NCBI GenBank assembly: GCA_964035545.1
Contig: OZ037772.1
Coordinates: 3,811,538 to 3,875,537 of the forward strand
DNA from: Bugula neritina
Lineage: Eukaryota; Animalia; Bryozoa
Reading direction: 5' to 3'
Length of the DNA: 64,000 nucleotides
The notes below the pieces were generated by a model. The model did no database searches, was not told where the DNA came from, and was given only the letters and a program-made list of their open reading frames with translations. The translations under genes were made by a program, and so were the position numbers. This document shows, in pieces, positions 12,310-22,065 of this stretch (positions are counted from its first letter, which is position 1; the number at the start of each line of letters is the position of its first letter).

Positions 12310-12726
12310 AGGTGATGTCCCTCCTTTCCTATCCGTGATGGTACAGCAGGTGGTGCCCCATTACAGACTCTTCTCACGCTAGTGCTCACAGACAATTACT
12401 CAGTGTAACAATATAGTAACCTACCAGTATACAGCTCTACCTCTACAAACTATTCCCTTATAGTGCCTCCCGCCGGTGCCATTGTACATTTATTGTTATA
12501 TTTTTTTTCATGTATGTATATGTTTCTTACTACTGTACATAGCCATGTTTTTTCTTTGTGTGCCACACGCTCTCTCAGTTTTTATATATATATAGTTTTA
12601 TAACATTTTATGTTTGAATTATCTAATCTGTGTTATCAGAAAGTAGGGCTTTCTGCTGGAGGGGGCAGTGTAGTGAGGACGTAATACGCGCGTCCCCCGC
12701 ATTCCTTCAGCCTATATAAGTGCGTG

Positions 12727-12784
<58 letters not shown>

Positions 12785-13135
12785 ATATATATATATATTT
12801 ATATATATGAATATATAATATTATTATATATATATATAATATATAATATTATTATATGTATATATATATATATTATATATAATATCATTATATATATATA
12901 ATGTATATAATTTAATATATAATATAATAATATATTATATATGATATTATTATATATATAATATATAATATAATAATATATTTTATATATTATATATGAT
13001 ATTATTATATATATAATATATATATATAATATTAGTATATAATATTATTATACTTATATAATATATATATATAATATAACAATATATAATATAAAAATAT
13101 ATAATATATTATTATAATATATATATATGTATATA

Positions 13136-13189
<54 letters not shown>

Positions 13190-14070
13190 CATGCCGAATA
13201 TTTACTACAAATTTCAAAAATAGCATAAATTAAATAGTATTACCGTGCCTATTTGCATCCAATTTACTAGTCTTACATTTATAGCAACTGTAACGTATTT
13301 TGTGTAAAATGGTTATTGCAAGCATTATTCAATTCATATTCACATTGTAATCACAGCGAAGCTTAAACTTTATAGCTTTGTATTTACGTGCATGATTAAG
13401 TTTTAATTATTTTTAAAATTTTATATGTATTGAAAATATGTTTAAAAACTTTACCAATAAACAAAACTAAAAAAAATGGACACATAATATAAAAAAAAAA
13501 ATAAAATCACAAAAGTGGCAAAATTTTTCCTTTATAACTTATATAAACTCGCGGTACCATTAGCGACATAATGATTTTTCATGGTTTAAAGTCAACACTC
13601 TTAATATACCACACTGACCACACTGGATAGAAGCAGTGTGGTATATTAAGAGTGTTGCCATTAGCAAATCTTACGGAATCATATGGGCGCCATTATGCCG
13701 AGATTGGTACCGCGAGTTTATATAAGTTATAAAGGAAAAATTTTGCCACTTTTGTTATTTTATTTTTTTTCTATTTTATGTGTACATTTTTTTTAATTTT
13801 TTCTATTGGTAAAGTTTTTAAACACATTTTTAATGCACATAAAATTAAAAGAAAAATTAAAACTCAATCATGCACATAAATACAAAGCTATAAAGTTAAA
13901 GCTTCGCTGTGATTTTAATGTGAATATGAATTGAATAATGCTAGCAATAACCATTATACACAAAATACGTTACAGTTGCTATAAATGTAAGACTAGTTAA
14001 TTGGATGCAAATAGGCACGGTAATACTACTTAATTTATGCTATTTTTGAATTTTGTAGTAAATATTTGGC

Positions 14071-14149
<79 letters not shown>

Positions 14150-14490
14150 TTATATATATATAATATATAATATTATTATATGTATATATATATATATATA
14201 TATTATATATAATATTATTATATATATAATATAATATATAATATAATAATATATTATATATATAATATATGATATATTAATGTATAATATATTATTATAA
14301 TATATATATATATATCATATATGTTGTGTTGTTTGACTCGCTATTATTCACCGCGAGACTCGTTGAGCTCGGGGATTTTCCTACTAGCTAGAATTGAAAT
14401 AAATCACGATAATTATCAGCTTAGACTCAATCCAACTTTGTTGTACTCTTACGCACCAATCACACATGGTGGCAGCAGTTAAAACTAATA

Positions 14491-14680
14491 ATGGGCAATG
14501 AAGAAGTTCAGCAACAAATAATTGTGCATAGGAATGCACCCAGAATCGAACCACCAGGTGAGATCGTTTTGAATTGTGAGCATGAGCAAAACTTCAGAAG
14601 ATTTAAAAGCCGGTGGCAGTCGTTTTACATTCTGTCTAGACTTTCGGAGGAAAGTGATGAGTACCAGAGAGCATTGCTAT
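14491..14680 (+). pseudogene. Family C gag 5' part, cut by the B1 insertion
   Basis: MGNEE...YQRALL. Removing B1 and one copy of the CTAT TSD joins it in frame to 22066 (...ALLLYTIGDDACRVVE...), giving a 1350-aa Gag-Pol. Confidence 0.9.
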
Positions 14681-15018
14681 TGTGGTGGCTCGTGGAGCTA
14701 CCAGCAGCACAATACGCGAGGTTGCGTATTGACCCAGAACAATGTATTAGCCAATTAGCCAAGCTGTATTATTAGTAATAGTAGCTGCTTCGCGCTACTA
14801 GCTCAGTTGAGGATAGTGCTGTAAACTAAATAGACGTGCGTATCATTACTGTTGTACATTGGATTTTTATTATGTATTCTTGTATTAAATATAACGATAT
14901 CTACTCGACTTAACTGGTGAAGTTTCTCTAGTGTTAAATAGACTCTCTTGGTGGCACATCAACCCTAAATCTGAAAACTATAACAGTGGTGGCAGCGGTG
15001 GGATAGTGTATATCAAAG

Positions 15019-15885
15019 ATGGAGACTGAAAATGCTAGAATGCAACCACCCCCAGTAGAAGGTGAGCGTAGAAATGCTGTTAATCCTGTGAATCGTGAAG
15101 AAGAAGAAGCTTATAGACATTACTTGAAAGCTCCCACCTTTACTGGGTCGGAAGATGTCGAACAATTTATACAAGAATTTAGAGAGGTAATGGAAGTTGC
15201 TCAATGGCCGCATAGAGTGGCCCTTATCCAATTGCGGAGGGCGGTGACGGAGCAAGCCAAGCCGTACGGAGTGGGAACGGACGTAGACGGCATACTGGCT
15301 GCGCTGCGGGCCCGTTTTGGCACCTCCGTCATAGACGCTAGGACCAAGCTGGAGAGATTGTGCCGCACCCCGCGGACCTCGCTGCAAGAACATGCCGCGA
15401 CGGTGAAGAAGCTGGCGCAGATTGCGTATAGCGATCTGCCAGCACAACACCAAGAGCGTTACACCTATGACGCCTTTGTCCAGTCCCTAAACGACCTGGG
15501 CCTAGACCATCACCTACGAGCTAAAGGGATAACCAGAATAGAGGATGCCCTGAAGGCTGGAGAAGCTTACCTGTTGGCTACCCAAATGCATCGAGCACAA
15601 AGGAACCCCCCAGTAGTTGGAGTCAGCGCTGCCAGGGCTACGACAGGCTCCGAAGCCCTCCCGCTGGAAGCCGAAGTGGACCGCATGGTAGAGATGCTGG
15701 GACAATTGGTAACCATTCTGGCCGGTGCTGGCCCTGGTCAGGCCTTGCGGATGCCCCCAACATCTGTGGGGCAGGGCTGGAGTAGCGCTGATCAGGACCA
15801 GGGACAGAAAGGACGACCCCAATACCAGGGGGCGTTAAACTGTCACGGCCCGCGGACACACTCCCTCCCCGCGGGCCGCAACTAA
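15019..15885 (+). CDS. Family B Gag (288 aa)
   Basis: Starts just after the PBS. Homologous to the family A N-terminus (PTFTGSEDVEQFIQEFRE, LRARFG, AYSDLP, AFVQSLN). Confidence 0.9.
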   Translation: METENARMQPPPVEGERRNAVNPVNREEEEAYRHYLKAPTFTGSEDVEQFIQEFREVMEVAQWPHRVALIQLRRAVTEQAKPYGVGTDVDGILAALRARFGTSVIDARTKLERLCRTPRTSLQEHAATVKKLAQIAYSDLPAQHQERYTYDAFVQSLNDLGLDHHLRAKGITRIEDALKAGEAYLLATQMHRAQRNPPVVGVSAARATTGSEALPLEAEVDRMVEMLGQLVTILAGAGPGQALRMPPTSVGQGWSSADQDQGQKGRPQYQGALNCHGPRTHSLPAGRN

Positions 15886-15891
15886 AGGAGT
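15834..15891 (+). promoter_or_regulatory. Putative -1 programmed ribosomal frameshift signal (GUUAAAC + H-type pseudoknot)
   Basis: G_TTA_AAC in the gag frame, 6-nt spacer, stem GGCCCGCGG (15847-15855)/CCGCGGGCC (15869-15877), and loop ACTCC pairing with GGAGT (15887-15891). The -1 frame is open and homologous to family A. Identical in B2. Confidence 0.75.
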
Positions 15892-16153
15892 ATGGTGGAA
15901 CGCGCCGTTGTCTGTCCGTACGGACACGGCGGAACATTCCACCCGAGTGGCAGGTACCACGCAGGACTAGTAGGCCCGCACAACGGCCCAGTACCTTCTC
16001 CCTGCCACTCGCTAACCGGTTTCACCGGTTACCTCGGGAAGAGGAGCCCGCCACTGAAATGGAGCCAGAAGGCCCAGTGGAGAGGCCCAAACCCCGCCGG
16101 CACCAATCTCGCCGCCGGAAGCCCCGTAAACCACGGGTGAAACCCCCGCCGTC

Positions 16154-19100
16154 TTGTCAAACCAGGACAGCACATGCGGGGGGGGGGTGAAAGTACAACC
16201 ACATGGAGAGAGCTATTTCCTACCCGGAAAGGTGGCCGGCAATGCCGTCACTTTCCTGCTCGACTCCGGTTGTACTACCAACCTTCTCAGTCGTAGAGTC
16301 TTTGAGGCACTGCCCCGCCGGGACAGGGATAGAGTACGACCGTATACTGGAGAACATGGCACCCTGGCAGACGGGTCATGTATCCCCTTTTATGGTATTA
16401 TCGAGCTCCCTGGGCGTGTCCGAGATCAGGCTGTACAGGAGACCTTTATCATAGGTCAACTGGAAGAAGATGCTATCCTCGGAATGCCCTTCTTGAAGCA
16501 GCACCAGTGCCGAATAGATTTCAGTAAGTCGGTGGTGCTGATGGGCGGGCGAGAACTCGCCTGTGTGGATAAGTTTGGGCGTCCCCTGGTGGGCGGTGTT
16601 CAGGTAGTTCGGAACTGCACCGTACCCGGACGCTCCAGAGCTACTATCCACTGCCGAGTGAACAGCAACCGGATAGCCAGGCTCGGGGTCGTTGAAAGCG
16701 CGCACGAAAAGATCCAACTCGCCAGTAGTTTAAACCGACTAACTGAGCGAGGGGAGGTCTTAGTGCAGTGCGTCAACCCCTTTACCGAGCCCATTGAGCT
16801 CCCAGCTGGGTCAATGCTGGGCCGATTCCATTCCGTCCAGGAAGAGGACGTGGGCCCGTCGCCGGGTGACGCGACGGAGGCACCCCCTCGACACCCTATT
16901 CAGGGACGAGGGGCAGTCCCAACACATCTCCGGGAGTTATACGAAACAGCCAGTGGCGGCTGCGCGAGTAACAGAGAACGCCAAGCTATGGCCAAGTTAC
17001 TACGCGACTACGGTGATGTGTTCAGCAGCGGAGAGAATGACGTGGGACTGACTGGAATTGTCAGACAGGAAATACCGCTGACTGCAGGGACAGTCCCTGT
17101 CCGGCAGCCCACGCGCAGGCTGGGGCCGGAGAAAGAGAAGGAGGTTAGCCGACAAGTACGGGATCTTCTGGACCGGGGACTGATAGAGCCCGCCCATAGT
17201 GCGTGGAGCTCGCCAGTCGTACTGGTCCGGAAGAAAGACGGCAGTTGGCGGTTCTGTGTGGACTACCGCAAACTCAATAGCGTAACCATACAGGACGCCT
17301 ACCCTCTACCTCGTATTGACGAGTCATTGGACGCCCTAGCCGGCAGCAAGTACTTCAGTACGTTAGACTTGCTAAGCGGCTATTGGCAGGTTCCTCTGAG
17401 TCCCGACGCCCAAGAGAAAGCGGCGTTTATCACACGGGACGGTTTGTGGAAGTGGAAGGTGCTGCCCTTCGGGTTAACCTCCGCCCCAGCCACCTTCCAG
17501 AGGCTGATGGAACAAGTCCTTAGCGGACTCCATTGGAAGACACTGCTGGTCTACCTCGATGATGTCATCGTAATCTCTCCAGACTTCGAGACACATGTCA
17601 GTCGTCTGCAGGAGGTTTTCGAGAGACTCCGAGGTGCCGGTCTTAAGCTCAAACCTTCCAAGTGCGCTCTGTTGCAGCCGGAGGTCAAGTACCTGGGGCA
17701 CGTTGTCGGTCGGAACGGCGTGGCAACGGATCCCGAAAAGGTACGGGCAGTAGAAGACTGGGTCACCCCTCAAGACTTGACCGGACTCCGGGCTTTCTTG
17801 GGGCTGGTAGGGTATTACAGGCAATACATACCAGACTTTGCGGGCATAGCCCAGCCGTTGAACCGGCTCACCGCAAAGGGAGTGACGTGGCAGTGGACTC
17901 CAGTCGAACAAGAAGCGTTCGACCGCCTCAAGGGCTGCCTCCTAACGGCGCCCATCTTGGCCTACCCAGACCCCACTCTGGAGTACATCCTAGACACGGA
18001 CGCCAGTGACCAGAATGTTGGCGCTGTGCTGTCACAAGTGCAGGAAGGCCGAGAAGTAGTAGTAGCCTACTACAGCAAGTCTCTCTCTCCCGCTGAACGA
18101 AATTACTGCACTACCCGCAAGGAGCTGCTGGCAGTAATCAAGTCAGTGAAGCACTTCAGACCATACCTATATGGCAGGAAGTTCCGGCTGCGTACGGATC
18201 ATGCCTCGCTGATCTGGTTGTGCAGGAGAGCAGAGCCCTCTAGTCAGGTCGCCCGGTGGCTCGAAATCCTAGCTGAATTCTCGTACCGGATCGAACACCG
18301 ACCGGGCAAGAGACACAGCAATGCGGATGGGTTGAGTCGCCGACCTGACGGAGGTTGCAAACAGTGTCTCAACATCGAGAGGAGGGATGGAGGTCCCCCA
18401 CGATACGAGTTGGAGACGCTGGCTCATCACGGAGCACCGTTTGACTGGGATCAAGGTCAACTCAGGCAAAGAGTTGATGAGTCCCCGGAGGATGTACAAA
18501 ACCTCCGCGCCAACCCTGTACTGGCCGGTAATGTTCGAGAGCTGAAGAAGCTCCAAGAAGAGCTGCCTGGAGTCGTGGCAGACATCTACCGGGCCAAAAG
18601 GGAAGGGCGACGACCCAGCGAGGAACGCATACGACAGGGATGCGCCGAGTTCCGGCTATACTGTCAGCGTTGGGACTCGCTGCGGATCGGGCAGGATGGG
18701 TTGCTAACCATCTCTCTAGCTGCCAGCGGCAGACACCCGGAAAGGAAGAGGGTAGTCTGCCCCACAGCCATCCGCCGTGAGTTGATTTGGGATACTCACA
18801 AGCAGGCCCACGCAGGGGTCAAGCGAGTGATATCCAAATTACGACTCCGGTGGTATTGGCCGCAGATGGAGCGTGACGTCCGGCTCAGAGTCAAACAGTG
18901 TGAGATCTGCCAGGCCAGTAAGCATAGCCGCCCCCCTGGTGAAGCAGGACGGCGGAGGCTATATGCTGGTAGGCCCTGGCAAGTAGTCGCTGTAGACCTG
19001 GTCGGACCCATGCCCCTGACCCCCAGAGGCAATAATTGGATCCTAATACTAACCGACCACTTTACTAGGTGGGCGGATGCTCTGGCTATCCCAGATGCAT

Positions 19101-20461
19101 CAGCCCCAACGGTGGCCAGGGCACTAGACCAACATGTATTCTGTTATTTTGGGCTTCCCGAACAGATACACTCTGATCAAGGCGCTCAATTCCAGTCTCA
19201 ACTGATGAGCGACCTTTGCCACCTCTGGGGAGTAAATCAGAGCAGGACCACCCCCTACCACCCTCAAGGTAACGGGGTGGTGGAGCGCAACAACCGGATG
19301 CTAGGTGATGCGCTCCGGAGTCTCCTCCTTGGACGGGGTCAAGAGGAATGGGATACGGTGTTGCCGCAAGTCATGCGTGCATACCGTAGCACCCCACACA
19401 CCAGTACTGGTGAGACCCCAAACCTCTTGATGCTCGGGAGAGAGACTCGTGTCCCTGACCATCTCACCTATCACGTTCCAGAGCAGGATAACTCAGTCCA
19501 CGAGTATGTCAGTGAACTAGTGGAACGGATGAAGGCCGCACACGAGATACTGCGTCAACAGCAGTGGAAGGTGCGGCACGAAGATTCCGATGAACCACCC
19601 CTCTATCAAAGAGGAGATAAGGTGTGGATGGTCAATTACCGTAGGCGCCGCGGACAGGCTGATAAGCTGAAGCCTAAGTTCGTAGGCCCCTACGTGGTCG
19701 TCGAGGCTATGCCCAATCATACGTACAAGATTGAGCGCTCAGGACAGGTGTCTATCCAGAATGAGTCTCGCTTGAAACCGTATTGGGCTAGCCCTGACGG
19801 AGTGGGAGAAGCCCCCCCGTTGTTAGAGCCCAGGAGGCAGAGAACGACGCGCGGGCGACGGCGGCATGGACCTGAATACGAAGTGGTCATACCGCGGGAG
19901 GAAAACTTGGTGAGAGAGGAGCGGCAGCTTTTGTCAACAGAAGCGTGTCCGCCACCGCCAAGTCTAATTCCATCACTTCCAGAAACCGAGCCGGTTCCGG
20001 AAGTGCAAACCCCCACGGAGGGAGGGGCTCCATCCGGAGAACAAGAAGAGGTGACCACTAACGGTGAAGTAGAGACGCCATTTGAGGCCCCTACTAACGA
20101 ACCGGCAAGCGTGTCACCCCCCCTAGAAAGGGGACAGCGTACGAGGAAACCCCCACCGTATTTGAAAGACTTCATATGTGACTGCATTAGAAGCAGCGCA
20201 TATGAAAGTCTAGGGGAAAACCGTACGATAAAATGTTGGAGTTGTGAACCCCACGCAAATATCAACTTTTGCGAGGGCGGAATAGTGGGAGGAATTAATG
20301 CGCGTAAAGCAAATAGTTCCGACCTCGTGCCTCAGAAACGATGCTCAGCCTTTTCTTATGCTGACATCGCCAAAGGCAGACGTATCCCACTACCAGCTCC
20401 AACCTTACCAAGAACGTTGAGTATGGACATTAATACCGAGTTCCCAGGTAAGCCAGTATAA
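16154..20461 (+). CDS. Family B Pol (PR-RT-RH-IN); the true reading begins at the frameshift near 15840 but is broken by a G10 run at 16178-16187
   Basis: Same motifs as family A, intact TDH/YLDD/DDE. B2 has G8 at the equivalent site and reads AHAGGVKVQPHG in frame. Confidence 0.93.
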   Translation: MSNQDSTCGGGVKVQPHGESYFLPGKVAGNAVTFLLDSGCTTNLLSRRVFEALPRRDRDRVRPYTGEHGTLADGSCIPFYGIIELPGRVRDQAVQETFIIGQLEEDAILGMPFLKQHQCRIDFSKSVVLMGGRELACVDKFGRPLVGGVQVVRNCTVPGRSRATIHCRVNSNRIARLGVVESAHEKIQLASSLNRLTERGEVLVQCVNPFTEPIELPAGSMLGRFHSVQEEDVGPSPGDATEAPPRHPIQGRGAVPTHLRELYETASGGCASNRERQAMAKLLRDYGDVFSSGENDVGLTGIVRQEIPLTAGTVPVRQPTRRLGPEKEKEVSRQVRDLLDRGLIEPAHSAWSSPVVLVRKKDGSWRFCVDYRKLNSVTIQDAYPLPRIDESLDALAGSKYFSTLDLLSGYWQVPLSPDAQEKAAFITRDGLWKWKVLPFGLTSAPATFQRLMEQVLSGLHWKTLLVYLDDVIVISPDFETHVSRLQEVFERLRGAGLKLKPSKCALLQPEVKYLGHVVGRNGVATDPEKVRAVEDWVTPQDLTGLRAFLGLVGYYRQYIPDFAGIAQPLNRLTAKGVTWQWTPVEQEAFDRLKGCLLTAPILAYPDPTLEYILDTDASDQNVGAVLSQVQEGREVVVAYYSKSLSPAERNYCTTRKELLAVIKSVKHFRPYLYGRKFRLRTDHASLIWLCRRAEPSSQVARWLEILAEFSYRIEHRPGKRHSNADGLSRRPDGGCKQCLNIERRDGGPPRYELETLAHHGAPFDWDQGQLRQRVDESPEDVQNLRANPVLAGNVRELKKLQEELPGVVADIYRAKREGRRPSEERIRQGCAEFRLYCQRWDSLRIGQDGLLTISLAASGRHPERKRVVCPTAIRRELIWDTHKQAHAGVKRVISKLRLRWYWPQMERDVRLRVKQCEICQASKHSRPPGEAGRRRLYAGRPWQVVAVDLVGPMPLTPRGNNWILILTDHFTRWADALAIPDASAPTVARALDQHVFCYFGLPEQIHSDQGAQFQSQLMSDLCHLWGVNQSRTTPYHPQGNGVVERNNRMLGDALRSLLLGRGQEEWDTVLPQVMRAYRSTPHTSTGETPNLLMLGRETRVPDHLTYHVPEQDNSVHEYVSELVERMKAAHEILRQQQWKVRHEDSDEPPLYQRGDKVWMVNYRRRRGQADKLKPKFVGPYVVVEAMPNHTYKIERSGQVSIQNESRLKPYWASPDGVGEAPPLLEPRRQRTTRGRRRHGPEYEVVIPREENLVREERQLLSTEACPPPPSLIPSLPETEPVPEVQTPTEGGAPSGEQEEVTTNGEVETPFEAPTNEPASVSPPLERGQRTRKPPPYLKDFICDCIRSSAYESLGENRTIKCWSCEPHANINFCEGGIVGGINARKANSSDLVPQKRCSAFSYADIAKGRRIPLPAPTLPRTLSMDINTEFPGKPV

Positions 20462-20478
20462 GTCTTGTATTCCTATTC

Positions 20479-21491
20479 ATGGAAACGGGCTCGATGCCAG
20501 TAAATTCTGAACTAATTCAACAGATTGAATCAGAATTACTGGGAACCACGTTTCATGTGAATGACGATGAAGACACTGTAATGGCCGACGGTCTGTTAGA
20601 CCTGGAGCTAGACACTGTTCTTGGTCAGTCCACACATGATTCATCAGTTCCTCGAGTGCATTCCAAAAGCTGTGACTCTCAGGCTAGCAACGGTCGACAG
20701 TCACTAGAATTATGTTGTAAAGATCCACCGCGATCTAACAATAATTCTACTTTTGTAGACACACTCGCACCCGTCTCTACGGACATGCCTTCTCTAGAGA
20801 TGGCATGGGACCCAGAGCCGGCCCCAACAACTCCTACCACCAGGCAACTACCACCCCAGTTGGAAGCAACCTCCAACTGGATTACCCCTGCCAGCAGCGA
20901 TTCACAACCCACCGCAGACTAAAGGTGCACTTGCCGCAGCACTACATCACCACTTTCTGCCCTTGCGGAGAATATAGCTATAATCGTGATTACCTACTGC
21001 GGCACCAACGTACTATGCAGTGCTATCAAGGACATGTCTATGAAGTAGACGAATCATCATATCCTGCCTTTCTCAACGCCATCAAACCACTCATCACTGA
21101 CTCAGCTCGGCTATCTCGCCTGGAGCAAGGCTTCCCTTCCCCGCGACCTATCATCTCTGGAGCCACAGATAAACCTACACAGTCTGCTAACTCTCCACCT
21201 CACAGTCCTATACGCATGCCGCATACCTTTCCTCGTGTCGTACTACAGAGAGTAGACACAAATGCGTATACACTCCCTCCTCCTCTTCCATCCTCAGAGC
21301 GGAAACGACACAGGCAGCCAACTTCCTCTCGCTCGTCCCCCTGGGCCCGTAACCTACGTGAGGTAGAAGCTAGGGCGCATGACTTGGAGCAAGAAGTGTA
21401 CAGGCTGGCCCCACGGGTACAGGCAGCCTCCAGTGAACTCAAATATTTACAGGAGTCTATTAAACGCATGAAGCGTGCGGCCCGCAGTTAA
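20479..21491 (+). pseudogene. B1 zinc-finger accessory ORF, frameshifted by a 61-bp deletion
   Basis: Collinear with the intact 1074-nt B2 ORF except for 61 nt lost between two CTGCCA repeats at ~20888-20893. This splits it into ORFs 20479-20922 and 20805-21491. Confidence 0.9.
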
Positions 21492-22065
21492 CTCGAGTCT
21501 ATCTACAACTCCCTACTACTCATTCCCCTACCTCTCTGTGGCATTCCCTACCGTAATGGTGGCACGTACTCTATATGTAGATAGGACCTTCTCTTGCTTA
21601 TTACTTAGTGCACGTTATATACCTGTATATTTTTTACCAGTTGTTGTTTTTTTTTATATACTTTTATACTGTTCTCTTACCCCCCACAACGAAGTATACG
21701 TTTTTTTATGTGAATCTTATTTTATCAGAAAGTGGGCTTTCTGCTGGAGGGGGCAGTGTGGTGGCTCGTGGAGCTACCAGCAGCACAATACGCGAGGTTG
21801 CGTATTGACCCGGAACAATGTATTAGCCAATTAGCCAAGCTGTATTATTAGTAATAGTAGCCGCTTCGCGCTACTAGCTCAGTTGAGGATAGTGCTGTAA
21901 ACTAAATAGACGTGCGTATCATTACTGTTGTACATTGGATTTTTATTATGTATTCTTGTATTAAATATAACGATATCTACTCGACTTAACTGGTGAAGTT
22001 TCTCTAGTGTTAAATAGACTCTTTTGGTGGCACATCAACCCTAAATCTGAAAACTATAACACTAT

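Larger units (their letters stand above)
5364..12725 (+). mobile_element. Ty3/Gypsy LTR retrotransposon, family A (3' LTR truncated)
   Basis: 5' LTR 5364-5634 (TGTAGT...ACTACA), tRNA-Leu PBS, gag-pol ORF in PR-RT-RH-IN order, extra 3' ORF, PPT GGAGGGGGCAG 12658-12668. The 3' LTR starts at 12669 but matches only ~57 bp before (TA)n. Confidence 0.95.
14681..22061 (+). mobile_element. Ty3/Gypsy LTR retrotransposon, family B, copy B1 (full length)
   Basis: 305-bp LTRs at 14681-14985 and 21757-22061 (3 differences seen). 4-bp TSD CTAT. tRNA-Leu PBS 14987-15004. PPT 21746-21756. Carries gag, pol and the accessory ORF. Confidence 0.97.

Noticed and set aside
14491-14775. 94-aa ORF as a standalone gene
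   Set aside because: It is a chimera of family C gag and read-through into the B1 LTR.
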